Source: Octopus sinensis (Eukaryota). From it: a DNA stretch of 64,000 nucleotides. The stretch spans positions 66,836,001 through 66,900,000 of the forward strand of contig NC_043004.1 of NCBI RefSeq assembly GCF_006345805.1. The letters run 5' to 3'. Of this stretch, positions 52,295 to 64,000 are shown piece by piece; the first letter of the stretch is position 1; the number at the start of each line of letters is the position of its first letter. A model generated the notes under the pieces. The model searched no databases. It saw only the letters and a list, made by a program, of their open reading frames with translations, and was not told the DNA's origin. A program made the position numbers and the translations under genes.

Positions 52295-52337
52295 GCATCT
52301 GATGAGAAAACAATAAGGTTCGAAAATCGATTAATGT
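52295..52337 (+). ncRNA. Minimal type I hammerhead ribozyme with palindromic stem III
   Basis: GCAT-CTGATGA(52299-305)-GAA..TTC-GAAA(52322-25)-palindrome AATCGATT-A(52333)-ATGT. Stem I is 4 bp, stem II is 3 bp, and the triplet is UUA. Confidence 0.65.
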
Positions 52338-52454
52338 TGATCATCATTTTTTTCAGTCTGCGGAGAAACAGCTAAATTTTGCCCTGTTTATAATTATACC
52401 ATATGTTACATACACACACACACACACACACACATACATACACACACACACATG

Positions 52455-52493
<39 letters not shown>

Positions 52494-54420
52494 GTATATT
52501 ATCCAGGCGCATCCTCTAAACGCTCTCAGGCATAGTTCAGATTTCGGCTAACTCATCGAGTGGCCAGAAGCACCAAGCATTGCTTAGGGAGAGAAATCTC
52601 ACGGTATTTCTTTTCATAGTTAAATCCAGGTTCGTTTCTTGTGTTATGATTATATTCGGGAAAATGAATCCAAAACAAGTAGCAGAATACGGACACTGGT
52701 ACATCTTTATGTGTTTCCTTCTAATTTCAGCAGTTAATTAAAAAGTATAATTGGCTAATGTGACCGACATGTGTTTCTGCTGCGTTGGGAATGTGCAATT
52801 GCACGGGCGTTTTCCAATAGCGTGATCTGAAGCGAAATCAATGTATTTATGTGTGGCTAGCTTATTTCTTCATTTCACTACGATTTTAGAGAAAAAGTAT
52901 GTGAGAGGTTTATGTTGAAATATAATATGGTTATCAAATTTACTTTGTACCTGACCTTATGTTAGCTTTAGTTTCAGGACAAAACTGAGAGTTCTATACA
53001 CTAAATTAGGTCAAACTAGACATCTTAACGTTTTGATATCTGCATGCATATAACATAGAGATAACTCGTCTTAGTGTAAAATCAGAAATAAACTTGAAAT
53101 ACGAAAACACATCTTCGTATTGTCTTCAATGCCACCTGAATATTTAATTTCTTTCCTGTCAACATTTCAACATTTTTATATAAATTTTGCGATGCTTATG
53201 AGTATACAGTTTCATTTGGTAATTTAATACTTCTTTTTTTTTTCTTTTATACAAAAAGAAACTTAAAGTATACGTAACGGCTTAAGAAATAAAAAAGTAA
53301 TAAACCATTCAGGGTGATGCACCGGCATGTCTGAGGAAATAAATGATATTGGTACTGAAAATATCAATAAGAACTAAAATTCTCTGCCTAAAGCTTACAT
53401 AGAGAAATTAACGTAAGTTAGGGCTAAAAACATCCTGATTCCCTTGACAAATTATTCATATAATAACAGAAGTGACTATAGTTACTGTCAAATGATTAGA
53501 AGGTCAACCCTTATTCGTCTCAACTATTGAAATAAAAGCTCTAACAATGAGAATTATTCAGGCACCAAGTAAACTATTCTGAAAAATAAATGATTCGATT
53601 TTGATGGCAAATGGTTGGAGTATCTCTTAAATAATTGCACGGATAACCCCTGTCTGTAGCATTTTCAATTGAAAGAAACGTTCTAGCAACGGTACTTTCA
53701 CAAATATCCTTCTATCTTGTATGCAAAATGATATTTAATTAGATTATACTATCGCCGATCCAAATTCGACATTTCTCATCCTCTTAACAGTGAGAGAAGA
53801 TCTTATCTATCCAATGTCTAACGCTAATCGATTTGCTAAATATTATTTCTTTCCATGAACCTCAAGTTATTTTTCCGGCAGCCATGAGTTTTCCAGCAGA
53901 CGTCAAATTACAGACGATCAAGTAGAACATCAATGGTTACGTTATTATGACTTGTCACTACGTCCGGTGAGGGTCATAGTATTTGGCTGAGAAGCATCCT
54001 CCAGCTTAAGTTAATAAAAAAATGTTTCTATCGCCATTCTGAGATTTTCCCCAATTCTACAAACTACAGAACGTTTTGATAAATTGCGATTATATTACTG
54101 AGCTTAGATTGCAATGTGATTTAAAATACAATTCTCTTTCTACCTCGTTGCTAAAAATATTAGTAATAGATTAGTAACAGTCTTCTGTAGGATGCAGCTT
54201 GCTTAACGATGCTGTGTTGCACTGGAATATTTATTAATGCATATCCAAATTTCCCGTGGACAATATCATTTTACTCACGAAGTATATTTTTTTCTCGCGA
54301 ATGATGAAGCAATATATAAACTGGAACACGCAAAGAAACATAGATGCATATACAAGCATTTATATATATCTACACACATATATAATATGCATACGTATAT
54401 ATACATACATACATACATAC

Positions 54421-54463
<43 letters not shown>

Positions 54464-54536
54464 TATGTATACATATATCTGTGGTGTGCGTATGTGCGTG
54501 TATGTATATATATATATATATGTAAATATATATATA

Positions 54537-54588
<52 letters not shown>

Positions 54589-54595
<7 letters not shown>

Positions 54596-54871
54596 TGAGG
54601 GAGATAAATTAATATTAATTTAAAACAAGTAGTCTAGCATACAATAATCTGAAAAATCAGAGAAAATTGTAATATATGTGTATATTGACAGGCCAAGACC
54701 ACTAGGTAGTTGGCCATATGCTAGAAATAGATCATCAACGATCAAACTACAAAGAACGTTCTCTAGAGGAAAATTCAGCGAACACCAGAAACTAAGATTT
54801 TTGTATGCTAGGCTACTGGTTTTAAATTGATGTTGATTAAATTAATATTAATTTATCTCCCTCATTATTTA
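54589..54871. mobile_element. TA-flanked fold-back/MITE-like element
   Basis: Perfect 35-bp inverted repeat at 54589-54623 and 54837-54871. A further 21/23 inverted match lies at 54621-54643 and 54801-54823. Confidence 0.8.
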
Positions 54872-55984
54872 AATATTGAAATTAATATGTTCTCTAGTAA
54901 CCAGCAATAACCGCAGTAAATTATTTACTGCGGATCCTCGCTTCAGGAATTTTTAGCGCACCAGAGCTAGGACATTTGAAATTTATCCTTAATGTAATAG
55001 GTAAAACTAAACACTTGTAGGCCCGAAACATATGTACCGCTAAATCCTTTGAATCATGTTTTTATTTTGATTAATATATATATATATATATGTTCAAATA
55101 TGGATTACAAGCAGCTCGAGGGATTTCAGCATTATCGAACACATGTTAAACATTATCGATGTCATTTATCAACGCTTGTTTATGATTGACTTCAAGGTGA
55201 TTTGATAATTATTTGGATCGATTCGTTTTGCTTTAACACTTCTAGACCATGTTCCAGCATGGCCGCAGTCCAATGATTGAACAAGGTATGTACGTATATG
55301 TATAAACACACACACACTTATATATATACACACATAAGAATATTCTTTGAATAAGGTACTTAAATTTGAGGTACCTGGTTAGGTTGGAATAAAATACACT
55401 CACTATGATATAGGTAAATGCCAACCTTGGTACAGAAGAACAGGAAGAATGATGTTCGGGTATTGTATGATGTTTAAAGACCCAGCTGGGTATACTATCC
55501 TATCTTGACCTATTCAGATGCTTACATTTTAATTAAATATACAGTCCACAGTATGCTTCGGAATACGTGAAGTGTGTGTTCTGAGATGAATGGATTGCAA
55601 ATAAGTAAGTGACAATGGATGGTCATATGTGAATTCAATACAGCCATTTCTATCGAATTTTTTAATTTGTCAATTAGGACGCTATAGCATTACCAAAAAC
55701 CGTTCTCTTCGGATGAATACATGAATTTTACAATCAAGGACATTTAAAATAATTTTAAATTCACGTCACATAGATATTTAGTGAATTCTACAAATGGCCC
55801 TTCTACGGCCAGAGCCATTCGTGGAATCACTAAATGTGTATATGTAGGCATACATACATGTAAATTAGCATATATGTATAAATGTATGTGTTTATGTATA
55901 TCTGTATATATAAACATATATATAGACATACATACATACATATATATATATATATGTGTGTGTGTGTTTGTATGTGTGTGTGTG

Positions 55985-56009
<25 letters not shown>

Positions 56010-56017
<8 letters not shown>

Positions 56018-56538
56018 ATACTAGCCATCTCAATATGGCTAACCACTAAGGGTGGGTGTTACTGTAGCTTGTAGCCCCAGGAGAACATCGTCTCCAGCTG
56101 GCTTTAAGCACACTTTCTGTGCCGTTATAGTTTTTGCAAAGAGAGGTCATCCTTCCCTCGTCAACCTAAGTGATACGCTCGGAATGCAGTTTCTAGGTTT
56201 TGACCTGTCGTCGGCGTACGACAATCACCGGTTTTCGATGAAGGGAGGTCCCAATGCAAATCCTTATAACGTTTTTTCAGTAACTTTTCGTCTCTGATCT
56301 CGAAAAACTGGTGATTGTCGTACGCCGACGACAGGTCAATACCTAGAAACTGCAGCCTGTGCGTATCACTTAGGTTGATGAGGGAGGGATGACCTAAAGC
56401 CAGCTGGAGATGATGTTCTCCTGGGGCTACAAGCTACAGTAACACCCACCCTTAGTGGTTAGCCATATTGAGATGGCTAGTATACCTCACATTGTCGTGC
56501 AGTTACAGTTTACATCACGTTCAAAGATTTATTATTGT
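56010..56538. mobile_element. Family M element in long fold-back form (~200-bp arms)
   Basis: 56010-56230 is mirrored at 56300-56491 apart from a ~40-bp deletion. The element end AAGATTTTATTATTG abuts (TA)n. Confidence 0.9.
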
Positions 56539-56570
56539 ATATATATATATATATATATAGTATATATATA

Positions 56571-56642
<72 letters not shown>

Positions 56643-56657
56643 TATATATATATTATG

Positions 56658-58385
56658 TGAAATAGAAAGATGAATAATCTTGTAGTAGATTAATCAAAAG
56701 TTTAACCGATACCTTAGTAGCAAAATCACAGCAGTAAACAGCACGGTTGGAGGTACAACCATCTGGCGTTGCAACCGTGCGTTGGTGCGGATATTGAAAT
56801 TAAAACATTATTGGTGAATTGAAGAAATGGAGCTGAACGCAGATTGAACAGAAATCGTTTTATTCATTCTACACGTGTTTCGAAAGGCACAAATTACCAA
56901 AATCCGATTGAATAATGGGGACCATATTGTGTCTTTCTCATCAGGAAGAAAAAAGGAAATCCGTTGGAAACACAAAAACAGAACAGAGGCGGAGCAAAAA
57001 ACAAATCGAACTGTGCTCCTAAGAGCCCATGGCGAAACTGTTTATCAGTGTATGTTGAGAACCGGTGGCTGAAGAATTCAAAGGGTCAGCATCGGTCAAT
57101 CATGTGGGTGAGGGTGTATAGATGTTCTTTGTGACCGAGAATAAAGTTCTGACTATTTAAGGAATATTGGATGTTTTATAAGGGGCGAGAAAAAATCTAC
57201 TTAGAGACGTGTGTGTGTGTATATGTTCTATATATGTGTGTGTTGGCGTAGGGGTAGAAAACATTTTTTGTGTACGTGTGTGCGTTGATCGTTCGGCTGT
57301 CAGTGGCTACTGCCGTGATAACCGTTGGGTGGCAGAAAGAAAAAAAGAAAAAAATATATATATATGTTTTATGTGTGTGTGTGTTCATCTGAGCCTGCCT
57401 GTCAAGGAAACCCCCCGCTGTGAGAAAACCAAGCCCCGTTTGTCTTACAGGAGTAATTCCCCTGCAGTGGTTAATCGTAGATAATCTTAAAGGCTATTTC
57501 AGAATTTGTTACCAAGGGCTATGGGTGCCGGTATTATTTATAAACGCTATTTAAAGGCCAGGTAAGTGTAACGCCGCCAATGGGGGCATCGAAAAGCCGA
57601 CTGTAAGAGCCCGTTTACAATCCGGCCTCTGGCAAACAAAATATGGAAGAGTTCGGAGACACAAAGGTTGCACTTCTTCTGCCCCTATCAAATGGGAGGG
57701 CCACCGACAAAATTGACCATTCCAGCCTATAGCTTAAGTTCGCATCCTTCAGTCGCCATATTAGCTTACTGAGTCCCGTGGTCTGGCGCTTGTTCACGTC
57801 CCGAAAAGTTGCGTAATGGTTGGAGACACGCAAAGACAATCTTGAGGATGATGCCCCTACATAAGTGAAGGCATCTGAGTCCGTGTAAACCTTGCATGGT
57901 AGACGGCGTTTTTGATCTTGGAGTTCGCCGACGTGAATCTTAATCTGCTAGGATTAGTTTCTGAAATTAGAACTGCGTTCCTGTCACTATATTCGTCCGA
58001 GACCTGCAGCCGCTTACTACTCTATTTTCCACTACGTCACTATTAACTATAGGAATAACCCCTGATTCTCCACTATCTATCAGAGTGCTGTCATTGCTAT
58101 GCCGTGGTACTGCTATTGCGGGAAATGATGCTGGGGATGCTAATGGGGCTCTCTACCCTACTCCCATTATTACCGTCAACCACAACACCCCTATTTATAA
58201 CTATACCCCTAGTGGGTACTCCCTGGCTGGAGCTGAGATTATGTGTCACTGTACTGGCTCTCATCTCATTATTACTACTATAATTATTCCTACTGAGCAT
58301 TAAACCGGGAGCGGAAGAGGCTGTGCCTCCGGAAAAAGGTGATAGGGTCTTAGGGAGGCAAACCATATATGCTTATTCCTATCAG
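56658..58385 (-). mobile_element. Penelope-like element, left arm of the palindrome (linker, GIY-YIG, 3' UTR, hammerhead, 3' terminus)
   Basis: Reverse complement of 58613-60164, extended to the same 3' terminus as the 10.3-11.3 kb copy. ORF pieces 58097..58366 and 57615..57839. Confidence 0.92.
56862..56952 (-). ncRNA. Type I hammerhead ribozyme (PLE-associated)
   Basis: On the minus strand: CTGATGA (56944-56938), GAAAG/CTTTC, GAAA, ACACGTGT (56878-56871), GUA cut after 56870. Confidence 0.85.
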
Positions 58386-58388
58386 TGT

Positions 58389-60164
58389 GATGGGAATAAG
58401 CATATATGATGGGAATAAGCATATATGGTTTGTAATCCCCTTTGGTAAGCAGATTAGAACTAACCTCCCCCTCATGTTTAGACAAGCCATCGCCAATAAC
58501 TTCCCCAGAAATTCCAAATATTACTCCACGGTTAACTCACATAAAGTTAGGATAGATTTCTCCAACACTAAAAACCTCGCCCAGATAATCGCCTCCCATA
58601 ATATAGGCTACTTACTAAGACCCTATCACCTTTTTCCGGGGTACAGCCTCTTCCGCTCCCGGTTTAATGCTCAGTAGGAATAATTATAGTAGTAATAATG
58701 AGATGAGAGCCAGTACAGTGACACATAATCTCAGCTCCAGCCAGGGAGTACCCACTAGGGGTATAGTTATAAATAGGGTGTTGTGGTTGACGGTAATAAT
58801 GGGAGTAGGGTAGAGAGCCCATTAGCATCCCCAGCACATTTCCCGCAATAGCAGTACCACGGGCAGTAGCAATGACAGCACTCTGATAGATAGTGGAGAA
58901 TCAGGGGTTATTCCTATAGTTAATAGTGACGTAGTGGAAAATAGAGTAGTAAGCGGCTGCAGGTCTCGGAACGAATATAGTGACAGGAACGCAGTTTAAT
59001 TTCAGAAACTAATCCTAGCAGATTAAGATTCACGTCGGCGAACTCCAAGATCAAAAACGCCGTCTACCAATGCAAGGTTTACACGGACTCAGATGCCTTC
59101 ACTTATGTAGGGGCATCATCCTCAAGATTGTCTTTGCGTGTCTCCAACCATTACGCAACTTTCGGGACGTGAACAAGCGCCAGACCACGGGACTCAGTAA
59201 GCTAATATGGCGACTGAAGGATGCGAACTTAAGCTATAGGCTGGAATGGTCAATTTTGTCGGTGGCCCTCCATTTGATAGGGGCAGAAGACAGTGCAACC
59301 TTTGTGTCTCCGAACTCTTCCATATTTGTTTGCCAGAGGCCGGATTGTAAACGGGCTCTTACAGTCGGCTTTCGATGCCCCCATTGGCGGCGTTACACTT
59401 ACCTGGCCTTTAAATAGCGTTTATAAATAATACCGGCACCCATAGCCCTTGGTAACAAATTCTGAAATAGCCTTTAAGATATCTACGATTAACCACTGCA
59501 AGGGGAATTACTCCTGTTAGACAAACGGGGCTTGGTTTTCTCACAGCGGGGGGTTTCCTTGACAAGGCAGGCTCAGATGAACACACACACACATAAAACA
59601 TAATATATATATTTTTTTTCTTTTTTTCTTTCTGCCACCCAACGGTTATCACGGCAGTAGCCACTGACAGCCGAACGATCAAACGCACACACGTACACAA
59701 AAAATGTTTTCTACCCCTACGCCAACACACACATATAGAACAGTATACAACACACACGTCTCTAAGTAGATTTTTTCTCGCCCCTTATAAAAACATCCAA
59801 TATTCCTTAAATAGTCAGAACTTTATTCTCGGTCACAAAGAACATCTATACACCCTCACCCCACATGATTGACCGATGCCTGACCCGTTGAATTCTTCAG
59901 CCACCGGTTCTCAACATACACTGATAAACAGTTTCGCCATGGGCTCTTAGGAGCACAGTTCGATTTGTTTTTGCTCCGCCTCTGTCTGTTTTTGTGTTTC
60001 CAACGGATTTCCTTTTTTCTTCCTGATGAGAAAGACACAATATGGTCCCATTATTCAATCGGATTTTGGTAATTTGTGCCTTTCGAAACACGTGTAGAAT
60101 GAAATAAAACGATTTCTGTTCAATCTGCGTTCAGCTCCATTTCTTCAATTCACCAATAATGTTT
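58389..60164 (+). mobile_element. Penelope-like element, right arm: RT thumb, low-complexity linker, GIY-YIG endonuclease (frameshifted), 3' UTR
   Basis: HIWFVIPFGKQIRTNLP...KNLAQIIASHN (PLE RT C-terminus); consensus NAVYQCKV..FTYVG..SLRVSNHY..TGLSKLIWRLKD..YRLEWSIL..CNLC..CPH, stop at 59415-59417. Confidence 0.92.
60015..60104 (+). ncRNA. Type I hammerhead ribozyme (PLE-associated)
   Basis: CTGATGA 60023-60029, GAAAG/CTTTC, GAAA 60085-60088, ACACGTGT 60088-60095, GUA cut after 60096, stem I TTTTCTTC/GAATGAAA. Confidence 0.87.
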
Positions 60165-60184
60165 TTATATTATATATATATATA

Positions 60185-60230
<46 letters not shown>

Positions 60231-60294
60231 CATATATATATATATATATATACATACCATATATATATATATATTATATATATACATATATATA

Positions 60295-60384
<90 letters not shown>

Positions 60385-61091
60385 GCATGCATACTTATAT
60401 AGACATACATGCATACTTATATAGACATACATCGCATGTAAGTGCCTGCTCCTTTCTGTGTAAGTTTAACGCTTCTTTGCATTATGAAAAAAATAGCACA
60501 TTTAAGAAAATAATAATTAGCAGTATGAGAATAATGCATGAAATGTATTAGATAATTTTTTACTTTTTTTTTAGTTATTTTGCTAAAAATAATGTTAAAA
60601 TAACTTAATATTTATCTATTTTCTTCGTTGATCACGAATACATTATCTTGATGTTTTTTAGCTATGTTTTTCGTATTGTTCTTTGATAATATTTTAATTA
60701 CTCCGCTGTCATTTATGTTTATCTCACAAATTATACATGAATAGATATTTTGTGCATATTATATCTAATAAACAAATAAGCATGATGTGTATAAATGAAA
60801 TCGTGCAGAAAACTAGTAAAATAAAAACAACAATATAACATGAATGTGATAAAGCATGAAAATATTTTAAAATAATATAAAATATTTTTGAAAAATATAG
60901 TTATTAGGTATTTTCCTATTAAGTCACTTTGTAAATATTTAAATAAAATAATGAAAACATGTGCAGGAGAATATATATATAGATAAATAAATATATTGAT
61001 GCATTTTTTATATTCACACACACATATATATCTGCATATATAATAAACTCATACATATAAATGAATATGCATGCATGCATATACATGTATG

Positions 61092-61176
<85 letters not shown>

Positions 61177-61241
61177 TATGGGTGAGCATGTGTCTATGTG
61201 CATATATATATATATGTAATATATCTATCTACACACATACA

Positions 61242-61316
<75 letters not shown>

Positions 61317-61317
<1 letters not shown>

Positions 61318-61388
61318 TGAAGATGACCCGTCCGTTCTGTGTGTGTCTCTCTTTGTGTTTTTTTTGCGTTATTTTTCCCATTTTTTAT
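61317..61388 (+). mobile_element. Tiny remnant of the ~730-bp element 3' end inside (TA)n
   Basis: CTGAAGAT|GACCCGTCCGT followed by a U-rich tail, compared with CTGAAGATTGAGGGC...CCCGTCCGT in the 9.9-kb copy (internal deletion). Confidence 0.5.
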
Positions 61389-62735
61389 ATATAATTTATA
61401 TATATATATATATATATGCGTGTATGTATATTGGCTTTGTTAATAATATGTAATCCAATAACATGTAATTATCTGGTCAGTTTGGTAGCAACTATTTTGG
61501 CACAAACACACACACACACACACACCTTAGGACATGTGTAAATAACCATATCAGGGCTGAGATACAACCAGGAAGAGCAATTGATAGACTCTGTAAATGA
61601 TAAGCGACTATTTAGTCATTTTACCACGTAGACAAGTTACTATTTGAAATGGTGAACACTTGGATTCAAAAGCCGCCATATCTTTTGTAGGAATTTTGCG
61701 CTCCGTAGTGGTTGTGTATGGGTTTTATTTTGGAGTGTACCATCCCAAATAAAACCTAGTTTGTAATGTCAAACATAATAGGAAGTATAAACTTGTTTAA
61801 AGTTTCTCATTTTTTATACTTTTGACAAATTTTCACATTATTTGCAGCGATTATCCAGATTTTCCGCTACCGAATGAGTATGAGTAATCGATACTATGCT
61901 AGTGCTAACTTCTCATCAAAATGGCTAAGTTAAAGAAGGGAACAATCCGTCAGAATTAACAGATGATCGGAAATAAACACTTCAACACCAAGAGTGCCTA
62001 TTATAATTTTGGAGTCGTTATAAAAAAGTAGGTATCCGTTTATCGGTTTTATTGGTTTGTGCCTAGATTAGAAACCATGAAAACACTTTAAAAGCTGGAT
62101 ATGCACTGCTAATATTTATGAACAAAGTTGTTACTTTGTAGCACATTCACAAGTAAATGGCATCCCAGTCAATTTTCGGTGCTTTTTTATGTGTTCCAGG
62201 TGCATGTGACTTCGCACTACCGCATCTACCCATTGTATTATGTTATCGGCAGCCATCATCAGCAGGAGAGCCAAGATTAACATATATATACGCCTAGCAA
62301 ATTATTTTATTTGCTGAAGTTAGCTTGAAAACCTGGTACAGGAAATAAATGGCAAATGTTTTTCTTTATTTTTCATTCCCTTTCGAAATTACCCGTAATA
62401 GTGGTTTCGATTTTGCCTCTTCATTTGTGTATATATAGATGAGCGGTGGATGTGAGCGTGAATCACCTTATTTTGTATAATGTGCATTTGGTAGCCGCAT
62501 TTTCATCGTTAATGCCCCAGACGTACATAAATACACACCCACACACTCACATACGCACCTGTGTTTTCCAAAATGGAGGGGACCACATTTCTCCATGTGA
62601 TTGGTTTGAAAAATTGCTCTAAACACTTGGATATTTTCCTACATTTCTTAACATGAAACCAATGGTAGCCTTAATTCACAAATAAGAAATTATATCCATC
62701 AATGAGGCATTAATTTTCATCGTTCGATATTTGTG

Positions 62736-62779
<44 letters not shown>

Positions 62780-62957
62780 TATATTTTAATAATTACTGGC
62801 ATCTTTATATATAATATATTTTATATGTAAAGCATAATAGGTTATACATGTATGTATATTCTTGTAAATCGTCATTTTAGTAAATAAATAAAGAATTTGA
62901 CATAATATAATGTCTAAAAGCTTATGACCACCTATTGATCCCCTCCATTTGCTTATT

Positions 62958-63037
<80 letters not shown>

Positions 63038-63057
63038 CATACATATACAAAACAGAT

Positions 63058-63177
63058 TTTATTCACTCTGTCTAGTAAACCAACGCACAAGGTTTTGGTC
63101 AGGCCAAAGGTGTAGTAGAAAGCATTTATTGAACCCGGAATCACGTGGTTAGGAAGGAAACATCCTACCACACAGCA
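63058..63177 (-). mobile_element. SINE family A, 5' half, degenerate
   Basis: GCACAAGGTTTTGGTCAGGCC...CCCGGAATCACGTGGTTAGGAAG...CCACACAGC. Confidence 0.7.
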
Positions 63178-63391
63178 GCCGCATCGGACGATAACTGACC
63201 AAGTAACAATTACTCGATATAGGAACCTCGTACATTGCGTCGCACGAATACGGAAGCATCACATATTTTTGAAATGAACGATGAGAACGTTATTATTATT
63301 TCGGTTTATCATTAAATTTATTCTGTATTCATTTCACCTGCACAGAGAGATACGCGTACACACGCTTCATACACATAGCTCTATACCCCAC

Positions 63392-63472
<81 letters not shown>

Positions 63473-63719
63473 AACACACATTTATATTAAGTCGCAATTA
63501 AGTGGTTGAAATCAGTAAAAGTTTGCGGGAACAATAAAGCACCCTTAGAAAATGTTGCTTGCACACATTGTGTGGCCCTAATTTTAGAGACGAAAACCGC
63601 TTCGAGCAAACTGGTATCGTATCAGCTTATCGAAACATGCGGCCTGAAGCTTGTTGGCAATTAATATTTAATGCATATTTAAACGGAAGAAATAATGATC
63701 ATTGCCGTTGTAGTCGTCA

Positions 63720-63751
<32 letters not shown>

Positions 63752-63948
63752 CATCGATCCATACCGTGCAATAAAATCATGTCCACGTGAGCGTTGAGAT
63801 GTTGCTACATACATACGGCGAGGAGTCAAATCGCTGCGAAGATAACATCATTATTATTAATATGAAGGTGTCACATAAGACACATCTCTGTGTGCATGTG
63901 TGTGTATGCATGCTTGTTTATATATATATATAAATATGTATATATATA

Positions 63949-64000
<52 letters not shown>

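Noticed and set aside
58425-59900. Selenoprotein (in-frame UGA plus SECIS) as reported for some Naiad PLEs
   Set aside because: No in-frame TGA in the reconstructed thumb-linker-GIY-YIG frame, and no convincing AUGA/AA/GA SECIS in the 3' UTR by eye.
56658-60164. Fold-back sequencing or assembly artefact as the explanation of the palindrome
   Set aside because: The mirror symmetry stops at the element, the arms differ in length and internal deletions, and the flanks are unrelated. It should still be confirmed with reads.
62225-62265. Minus-strand CTGATGA-TGGC-T-GCC-GATA
   Set aside because: GATA instead of GAAA, a 1-nt loop, and no stems I or III.

Overview
AT-rich, repeat-saturated eukaryotic DNA. 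The SINE families and microsatellite load suggest an octopod cephalopod (Octopus-like); this is inference. No complete host gene is recognisable, and nearly all ORFs in the track are microsatellite translations. The window holds about 25 tRNA-headed SINE copies (three families), a degenerate L1/Tx1-type LINE (38.6-41.4 kb) and a mariner fragment plus a MITE. It is also rich in Penelope-like element (PLE) material. A GIY-YIG PLE forms a 3.5-kb fold-back palindrome (56.66-60.16 kb) and has a third, 3'-end copy at 10.3-11.3 kb. Each of the three carries a type I hammerhead ribozyme with a palindromic stem III, and a fourth minimal hammerhead lies at 52.3 kb. The best candidate for something new is a non-coding ~730-bp element family: a 3-unit tandem array at 20.85-23.05 kb with relatives at 9.9, 30.6-32.0, 50.0-50.4 and 61.3 kb. 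The tandem unit contains the hammerhead core sequences (NUH, CUGANGA, GAAA) with stems I and III in exact register, but in a non-canonical, pseudoknotted strand order. An isolated copy begins exactly at the predicted cleavage site. Stem II is imperfect and activity is untested.
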